Under the pieces are notes generated by a model. It saw only the letters and a list, made by a program, of their open reading frames with translations. It had not been told where the DNA came from and ran no database searches. From positions 6,539 to 70,538 of IMG/VR virus record IMGVR_UViG_3300034418_010679: a stretch of 64,000 bases of DNA; one strand, 5' to 3'. This stretch comes from a virus. The translations under genes and the position numbers were made by a program. Below, piece after piece: positions 57,489-64,000 of the stretch; position 1 is the stretch's first letter; every line of letters begins with the position of its first letter.

Positions 57489-58289
57489 TTATTCTTTTGT
57501 GAAGTGTATTATAGGAGAATTTTTATCATAAGCTCCAATAATGTCCTCGTCTTTTATCACATAGCCAAATTCCTCTGCTGCTTCGCAAAATCTTTCGGTG
57601 CCATAAAAGTACCAGCGACCAGGGTGTGGTTCACCATCCCAATCATTAACACACTCTTCCCAGCTTTCATATGGACCAGCAGGTCTGTGTTTTGATTGGG
57701 TTTGAGAAGCACGCATCCTTGCGTTTTGATATTTATCAGGGTCAGCGATCATTATGAATAGATTTGTTCCCTCTTGTAATTTTGGAAAAAGATTTTTCAA
57801 ATATTTGCGTGTACCAGAGTACGAAATATGACAAAAAACATCATATGAAAACACATAGTTAATCGACTGTTCTTCTAAGCCGTCACAACTAAAATCCTGA
57901 TCTAAAACATACTTAACCTTGTTTGTGTCATACCCTCTTTGCTCTCCAAGCCACTTATTAACATTTGACCAAAAGTTAGTTGCCTCTGCGGGTCTGCACT
58001 CTAATCCCGTAATACTGTTTGCGCCGACCATCTGCGTCATCCATACGCCGCCATCAGTACCAATATCTAAACAGTTGGTATTCTCATTTATAAAGGGTTT
58101 AATGCATATCTCTGATATTTTGTTTAGGTCGCTGTACTCCCACTCTCTTTGTTCGGCTACGCTACCTTCCCAGCCACCGAGTCTATTTGAGCGACAAAAA
58201 CCACCTCTCCACAATTTTTGAAAGCTGTTTATTTCTCTTTTTAGATAATCTGAATCTTTATCAATATAATGTTCTGTTGTTTCTTTCAT
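57489..58289 (-). CDS. Class I SAM-dependent methyltransferase
   Basis: CLDIGTDGGVW, VFSYDVFCHI and YLKNLFPKLQEG. Confidence 0.85.
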   Translation of the reverse strand: MKETTEHYIDKDSDYLKREINSFQKLWRGGFCRSNRLGGWEGSVAEQREWEYSDLNKISEICIKPFINENTNCLDIGTDGGVWMTQMVGANSITGLECRPAEATNFWSNVNKWLGEQRGYDTNKVKYVLDQDFSCDGLEEQSINYVFSYDVFCHISYSGTRKYLKNLFPKLQEGTNLFIMIADPDKYQNARMRASQTQSKHRPAGPYESWEECVNDWDGEPHPGRWYFYGTERFCEAAEEFGYVIKDEDIIGAYDKNSPIIHFTKE

Positions 58290-58304
58290 GTTTGCTCCTT
58301 GTTT

Positions 58305-59153
58305 TTATAATAGCCACGACAACACCCGCCTAGATGTTGATGCATGACATAAATTGCCTATTTCGCCATTCTTAATATAGCCTATAAACGAAGTAAGTTG
58401 AGAACTTAACGCATCTGAGTTGTTGATCCACACCCTTCTCATATTGTAGCATGTGTTATCAACCGCTGTATACTCATAGAGGCTTTTATCTATTAGGTCG
58501 GCTTCATAAAAATGTTCATTTGTTAATACCTCTATCCTTCTTCTTCTGAAAGGAAAGAGCCAACTACTATCTACACCTATTGATGCTCCGCTGAGTAGTT
58601 TTAACTGATACTTTGAATGTTCTAATGATATTATTCTGTCTACTTTTACTACCTGTTTGTGAAATAGATATTCAACCAAATCAAGATCGTGTACAGACAA
58701 ATCAAGCGAAACTCCAACATCTGTTATTCTAGCTGGTCTAGGACCGAGCCGAGCAAAATTGGCTGATATAATATCACTTTTCCCTATACGCTCCTTCAGG
58801 GTTTCAACAACGGGGTTAAAACGCTCAACTTGTCCAATACATACTTTCACATTCTTTTTTTCAGATAAATTACAAATATTCTCAGCAGAAGCTAAAGATG
58901 GTGCAATTGGTTTCTCTAACAAGACAGGTATTTCTTCATTAATAAGCTGAACAGCTACTTTTTCGTGAAGAGAAGTCGGCACTGCCACAACAGCAAAGTC
59001 ATACTTGTCGGTTAGAGCCTTTTCAAGAGAGGAAAAATTTGCTGCTGAGTTGTTGGGGTCTACCGTTGTTACGCTAGCTACATCAGGATTACCGAATAAA
59101 GCGCTAAGATGTTTAGAGCCCATAACACCTAGACCCACCAAAAGAGCTTTCAT
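58305..59153 (-). CDS. Gfo/Idh/MocA oxidoreductase (WbpB/GnnA-like sugar 3-dehydrogenase)
   Basis: GLGVMG, LLEKPIA, GQVERFNP and DLSVHDLD. Confidence 0.88.
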   Translation of the reverse strand: MKALLVGLGVMGSKHLSALFGNPDVASVTTVDPNNSAANFSSLEKALTDKYDFAVVAVPTSLHEKVAVQLINEEIPVLLEKPIAPSLASAENICNLSEKKNVKVCIGQVERFNPVVETLKERIGKSDIISANFARLGPRPARITDVGVSLDLSVHDLDLVEYLFHKQVVKVDRIISLEHSKYQLKLLSGASIGVDSSWLFPFRRRRIEVLTNEHFYEADLIDKSLYEYTAVDNTCYNMRRVWINNSDALSSQLTSFIGYIKNGEIGNLCHASTSRRVLSWLL

Positions 59154-60247
59154 AGAACTTCTCCTATGGCAGATATAACAGCGTTTTGTTCCTCTCTTGT
59201 AACTTCTGGATATATTGGCAAAGCCAAAACCTCTTTACAAACAGCCTCACAAACTGGAAAGTCTCCTTCCTTGTATCCCAAAAAGTCAACGCAGGGTTGT
59301 AAATGGAGTGGGTATGGATAATATATTGCACACCCGATACCAAGGTCAGTCAAGTGTTTTTTTATTTCGTCTCGGCGGGGGTGCCTAATAACATACTGAT
59401 TGTAAACATGGTAGTTGTTCGTCTGCTCATGTGGCTTAATAACTGAGTTTAGTGCTTTATCGTAATAAAGTGCATTTTTTCTGCGTGACTCTTGCCATTC
59501 AACGATATACCCCAACTTAACATTAACAACTGCGGCTTGTAGAGCATCCAACCTAAAATTCCCACCAAGATATTTATAAAAATATCGATTATCGGGGTCA
59601 ATTCCGTGTTGACGCAACATCAACATCTTTTTATAAAGCTTCTCATTGTTGGTTGTAATAATACCGCCATCACCGAAACCCCCAAGGTTTTTTGATGGGA
59701 AGAAGCTGAAGCATCCTGTCGTCCCAAAAGAACCTGCGCGTCTATTTTTATGTTCTGCGCCGACAGCTTGTGCAGCATCTTCAATAATATGAAGGTTATA
59801 CTTATCTGCGATAGACATTATCTTTGTCATATCACAACATTGACCAAAAATATGAACTGGTATAATAGCTTTTGTTTTTTCAGTTATTACTTCCTCAATG
59901 TGGTCAATATTGAGATTACAGGTTTCTTCTTCGATATCAACCAACACTGGGGTTGCGCCGACTCTAATAATTGCTTCTATCGTAGCAAAAAATGTAAATG
60001 GCGTAGTTATGACCTCATCACCACTGCCAATATCCAAAGCTAAAAGAGATAGTATTAGCGCGTCTGTACCAGAACTACACCCAACAGCGTGTCTTGTTCC
60101 GCAAAACGAAGCAAAATTTCTCTCCAACTCCTCCACTTTAGGACCGTTGATGAAACTTTGGGTTGCACAGATTTCCTCTATTTGAGGCGTTATTTCTTCT
60201 TTAATTTTTTCGTACTGTCTCTTTAGGTCGAGAAAGGGCACACTCAT
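59150..60247 (-). CDS. DegT/DnrJ/EryC1/StrS aminotransferase (WbpE/GnnB-like)
   Basis: SGTDAL, TPFTFFAT, IEDAAQA, SFFPSKNLGGFGDGG and NFRLDALQAA. Confidence 0.95.
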   Translation of the reverse strand: MSVPFLDLKRQYEKIKEEITPQIEEICATQSFINGPKVEELERNFASFCGTRHAVGCSSGTDALILSLLALDIGSGDEVITTPFTFFATIEAIIRVGATPVLVDIEEETCNLNIDHIEEVITEKTKAIIPVHIFGQCCDMTKIMSIADKYNLHIIEDAAQAVGAEHKNRRAGSFGTTGCFSFFPSKNLGGFGDGGIITTNNEKLYKKMLMLRQHGIDPDNRYFYKYLGGNFRLDALQAAVVNVKLGYIVEWQESRRKNALYYDKALNSVIKPHEQTNNYHVYNQYVIRHPRRDEIKKHLTDLGIGCAIYYPYPLHLQPCVDFLGYKEGDFPVCEAVCKEVLALPIYPEVTREEQNAVISAIGEVL

Positions 60248-61146
60248 TTATTCATAAACTCCAAATACTTTTTTGCTACATTTTTCATATCATAACACGC
60301 ATCAAAACTATTTTTAACTTTGTTATTAAAATCCATTTCAGGTGGGCTATACAACTTAGTTGGTTTAAAGTCCCATGGATGCTCTTGTATAACAATAGCG
60401 TCTGGTCCGGCAATTTCTTTTGTGCCGCCGTTGCTGCTACAAACCACCCTACAACCACTAGCCCTTGCATCAACGACAACATTTGGACAATGGTCAAGCC
60501 ACGCCAAGTGCAAAAAATATTTACTACGCTTGTACAAAGAATACAAAATATCTTGTTTCAGATTTCCAACATAAAAGACATTTGGATCTTTAAAAAGATA
60601 ATCTGGCTTACCTGCGACAACAAGGCAATCATTATCTCCTTTGTGTTGTAAAAAATATTCTATGTTGGCTTTTAGACGTTTGTGTGGTCGCCAGCTTGCG
60701 GCGCAAGACCAAACATTCTCGTATTTGTCAAGTTTTGCATTTTCTAGTGGAGAGATGGTATCTAGAAATTCCAAATCTGTGCCATTATGAATAACTGTGG
60801 AATTCTTGTGTTCTCCAAAAAACACCTCGGTGAGTTTTTTGTTAAAGTTAGATTGGAAAATAACACCTTGGGATTTTTTATAAGTGGCTAATATATTTTT
60901 ATTCTGAAGTTCAAAGTTAGCTGCTGTGTTGAAATATATGCCATCTAACCTTTGATATAAACTTCTGGGTGGTAAATTGGAGCAGTCTTCAATAAAACAA
61001 AGGGCTACATCATAGTCCATCCCATTGTGTATAGTGTGTCCACTAGCAATAAACTTGTTATTTAACTTTGCCGCGAATGAGTTTGGACCAGAATTGCTTC
61101 CCAGGTTTACATTCTCTAGTCTAATCGCTAAACTGTTTTTTGCCAT
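60244..61146 (-). CDS. Glycosyltransferase family 4-like
   Basis: SGPNSF, RLDG, VIHNG, RPHKR and DHCPNVVVDARASG. Confidence 0.8.
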   Translation of the reverse strand: MAKNSLAIRLENVNLGSNSGPNSFAAKLNNKFIASGHTIHNGMDYDVALCFIEDCSNLPPRSLYQRLDGIYFNTAANFELQNKNILATYKKSQGVIFQSNFNKKLTEVFFGEHKNSTVIHNGTDLEFLDTISPLENAKLDKYENVWSCAASWRPHKRLKANIEYFLQHKGDNDCLVVAGKPDYLFKDPNVFYVGNLKQDILYSLYKRSKYFLHLAWLDHCPNVVVDARASGCRVVCSSNGGTKEIAGPDAIVIQEHPWDFKPTKLYSPPEMDFNNKVKNSFDACYDMKNVAKKYLEFMNK

Positions 61147-62740
61147 ACCGTTTACCCGCTCTAATTCTTTTCATTGCAGCGTGCTGCTGCTGTTGTTTTA
61201 TCTTATCCACGTTGAGAGGGTTGGCTCTGTTATATACATGTAAAATTTTATCAATGTATTTCACACGCTCTCGACACATCTCTAAAATAGGAAGCATAAT
61301 AGCTTGGTCATAAGCCATGTGATAATGATCGCCATCAACATCAGTGAAATCTTTTTTATCTATTTTATCCCAGACTTCCTTTTTGAATGTTCTGAGATGT
61401 GAAGCTCTCCAGGCATCTTCTCTAAACTTGTTGTTAACTATAACGTCTTCGGGATACTCAGATGGCTCAACGCCACGGATGCCCAATGGATAATACATAT
61501 AACTGCCGTATGTACCCAGAGCACCCTCAGTCTCATATATTAAACTCAAGTACGTCAATACCGAACTTGAAGCTAACCAATCATCAGCATCTAAAATAAT
61601 AATAACATCGTTTTTATCACATTGTAACAACTCTATTGATTCTTCAATATTTCGCAGTGCATACTTCTTTTTCTTGTTTTTTATTACTTTAAAGCGAGAA
61701 TCATCTTCGGTTAGGCGTTTAAATACATCAACAGAATTGTCAGTAGAAACATCATCAATAAAAGTAACCGTATAGTTGTTGTATTCTTGCCTTTTAATGC
61801 TGTTTATACAGTATGGTAGCCACTTAGAAGCATTATATCCCGGTATGATAAAATGAAAACTTGTGTTTTCGGTAGTGGGTTGGGGTGCGAGACGATAGTC
61901 TAAACACATCTCAAAAAATTTCTTTTTCTGCTCAGAAAAATACTTTAAAATAGAGGCTTTGTTATCAAACCATGGTTCGCTTTTGTGTTGTACATTATCA
62001 TTGATGATGAGGTCGCAGTCTAATAACTTAGCCTCTATTGTAAGTCTAGGACAAGTATCAAAACCAGATGGCAGAAAAATTAGACCCTTTGAAGAAGCTA
62101 GTTTTTCTAACATCTTCTTATAGGGCAACCCGCCCACAAGCTCATATTTTAGTTTGTTATTTTTTGCGTACTCAACACAGTCCTGTACACCTTTAACCCA
62201 AGAGTTAGATTGCAGAATTATGTAAGTGTCATCTTTCTTAGATGTATCCAAAGATGATATGTAGTCAAGTGTCTCGTCAGAAAAAGTAGATGAAAGAACG
62301 TACCCGTTATCAGACTTTTTCAGAAATGGAAACTTTTTCTCATATTCTTTCTGTTGTCCTGTTGACATATAAAATAGATTTTTAGCCTTTGCATAAAAAA
62401 TACCAACCAACTTTCCATGTGGACTTGTTGAGCAGGAACAATGACCATCTATTTTTTCATGTTTTGTTTGAAGCCTATACTTACAAAACTTGTAATCGTA
62501 TTCTATAACAGAATAGTTCGCTACTGTTTTGATTACCTCAAGCAACACATCTTTGTTTACATTTGCAAAATTACCAAAAACCCAGCGCTCATTTTTATAA
62601 GTTTCAACATGCTTCTTTGTTAAATGTGGGCTGAGAATTTTCTTATAGTTATAAAAACCGGACGACAACAGAGCATCTGTTGTTAGCTCTGCGCCGCCCG
62701 TATAGTGTTCAGAAAATGCGTCTGCGACTACTATTATCAT
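61121..62740 (-). CDS. Two-domain glycosyltransferase (GT-B-like N-half fused to GT2)
   Basis: N-half GGAELT...DTCPRLTIEAKLL. C-half IIPGYN, IDDVSTD and LDADDWL. Confidence 0.85.
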   Translation of the reverse strand: MIIVVADAFSEHYTGGAELTTDALLSSGFYNYKKILSPHLTKKHVETYKNERWVFGNFANVNKDVLLEVIKTVANYSVIEYDYKFCKYRLQTKHEKIDGHCSCSTSPHGKLVGIFYAKAKNLFYMSTGQQKEYEKKFPFLKKSDNGYVLSSTFSDETLDYISSLDTSKKDDTYIILQSNSWVKGVQDCVEYAKNNKLKYELVGGLPYKKMLEKLASSKGLIFLPSGFDTCPRLTIEAKLLDCDLIINDNVQHKSEPWFDNKASILKYFSEQKKKFFEMCLDYRLAPQPTTENTSFHFIIPGYNASKWLPYCINSIKRQEYNNYTVTFIDDVSTDNSVDVFKRLTEDDSRFKVIKNKKKKYALRNIEESIELLQCDKNDVIIILDADDWLASSSVLTYLSLIYETEGALGTYGSYMYYPLGIRGVEPSEYPEDVIVNNKFREDAWRASHLRTFKKEVWDKIDKKDFTDVDGDHYHMAYDQAIMLPILEMCRERVKYIDKILHVYNRANPLNVDKIKQQQQHAAMKRIRAGKRYGKKQFSD

Positions 62741-63999
62741 AACTCTAATGTGTTAAACAGGTCTTCTATTTCTTGATCAAGATGGCTGTTTGGGTCAACA
62801 TACTCAACAAACTCGCCAAACTTCTTTTCGCTTGTAAACTCGGAAATAATCCACTTTTTAAGTGTATCTGCCATGCCGCTATAAACATGATGTTCATTCT
62901 TCATTTTACGGAGAGCCATCTTATATGAGCCCTCTTTGGCGAATGCCCATTGTGAATCTGGCTGAATAACGCCTTCCCAATGGGCTTCTTTCTGAACTGG
63001 TAGGATATCAAATTCCACCTTCAGGAACTTTCCTTTCTTTTTCTCTTTGCCTTTCTTATCTTTCTCTGGCACGAACAAGAAGTCACATTGACCTGACCAT
63101 CCAATAGTGATGATTGGGAGACCGGCAATTGCTGCATCGAAGAGTGGAAGACCATAACCCTCACCATGAGCAATATTGATAAAAGCTTTAATATTTTCGT
63201 GTCTGTAAAGCCCCTGCATCTCCGCTTCGTTCATATAACCGTGTAGGAGTGTCACAGAACATTTGCGGTCCTTGTAGGGGGCAAGGAGCGCCTGCAAACG
63301 CTTGTGTGTAAACTCTCGGTCAATGGTGCAATTCTTATAAGAGTTGGTCTTTACAACGAGCCCCACTTCTTGGTCAATGTTCTCTTCGACAAACCATCGA
63401 ATAGCGTTTTCAAAGTTCTTTCTTGGACCCCACTGACTGACTAAAAGATAGTTAAAGTCGTGCGGGAGGTCGAGTTCTACCTCTGCGGGGTTTTGTGGGC
63501 GAACAGGGTAGTTTACGACCTCTACCGGCTTCTCTAGCTTATAAGGGAATTTATTACCGTGTTGGTCCTGTGCTTCCACCACGGTATTGACAAAAACGTC
63601 CTTAGAATGGTTGCTAACAACGATTATCTTGTCCATAACCTCGTTACACTTCTGCAACCACTGTGGGGCGACCTTTGTTGTCTCAATACCGGCTGTGTAG
63701 CCAATATTAACAGGTGCCATCTTCTCAAACTCATTTGGAATAGTTACTTGAAGTGAAATATCAAAAGCAACCCTACCCTGAGTAGCTTGTAATAGTTTCG
63801 CTGTCTTTCGGATAGTTTCAACCAACCAAGAATGTTCCTCATCATCTTCAATAATATGATTTGACTTGCCCCACTCCAAGTTTAGGAGATAAATATCAAA
63901 AAGGTCTGGACGAGAACGAAGTGCTCTAAGTGCAAAGCGTGTTTGTTCGCCATATCCAGTTTGTGATAGGGCTGGACCCTTTACAATAATTTTCTTCAT
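62737..63999 (-). CDS. Glycosyltransferase family 4-like
   Basis: TGYG, PRKN and HGEGYGLPLFDAAIAGLPIITIGWSGQCDF. Confidence 0.88.
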   Translation of the reverse strand: MKKIIVKGPALSQTGYGEQTRFALRALRSRPDLFDIYLLNLEWGKSNHIIEDDEEHSWLVETIRKTAKLLQATQGRVAFDISLQVTIPNEFEKMAPVNIGYTAGIETTKVAPQWLQKCNEVMDKIIVVSNHSKDVFVNTVVEAQDQHGNKFPYKLEKPVEVVNYPVRPQNPAEVELDLPHDFNYLLVSQWGPRKNFENAIRWFVEENIDQEVGLVVKTNSYKNCTIDREFTHKRLQALLAPYKDRKCSVTLLHGYMNEAEMQGLYRHENIKAFINIAHGEGYGLPLFDAAIAGLPIITIGWSGQCDFLFVPEKDKKGKEKKKGKFLKVEFDILPVQKEAHWEGVIQPDSQWAFAKEGSYKMALRKMKNEHHVYSGMADTLKKWIISEFTSEKKFGEFVEYVDPNSHLDQEIEDLFNTLEL

Positions 64000-64000
64000 A

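Noticed and set aside
898-63756. Numerous plus-strand ORFs and short nested minus-strand ORFs in the ORF track
   Set aside because: They are shadows of long, motif-bearing, tightly coupled minus-strand genes. They show Ser/Phe-rich antisense composition and no recognisable motifs.
49809-63999. Host chromosomal O-antigen locus (prophage boundary or chimeric assembly)
   Set aside because: The genes are seamlessly coupled to phage genes on the same strand, and no wzx/wzy, integrase or att-like junction is visible.
1-64000. Stop-codon reassignment (as in some large phages)
   Set aside because: Core genes are full length in the standard code, and TAA, TAG and TGA all terminate genes at coupled junctions.
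1-64000. tRNA, rRNA or CRISPR array
   Set aside because: Intergenic gaps are all under about 75 nt, and no cloverleaf or spaced direct repeats were seen.

Overview
This is a densely coding segment of a large T4-like (myovirus-type) dsDNA phage. Essentially all real genes are on the minus strand, use the standard genetic code and are often translationally coupled. In transcription order (right to left) there are seven modules. (1) A ~14 kb glycan-building locus: several glycosyltransferases including GT11 and a fungal-type GT15, a DegT/Gfo pair, a methyltransferase, a radical SAM protein, gmd/fcl, an epimerase and a cupin. (2) A gp55-like sigma factor. (3) Baseplate/tail genes: amidase plus spike, gp25, gp6, a 2666-aa LamG protein and tail-collar-like proteins. 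(4) RuvC, primase and a fused Mre11-Rad50 (gp47-gp46). (5) A free-standing GIY-YIG endonuclease. (6) A holin/spanin-like cassette. (7) The head module: TerL, portal, prohead protease, small proteins with a shared leader, ribosomal protein bS21, scaffold and the major capsid protein, which runs off the window start. The most notable observations are a [ST]-[GAS]-[ST] tripeptide enriched in some virion proteins next to the glycan locus (possible virion glycosylation system), a recurring CTATTTA upstream motif that is the inverse of the T4 late promoter, a perfect 14-bp hairpin hiding the endonuclease RBS, a shared capsid-targeting-like N-terminal leader, and two small ORFs missed by the ORF track. 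No tRNA, rRNA or CRISPR array was seen. All product calls come from motif recognition by eye, not from database searches.
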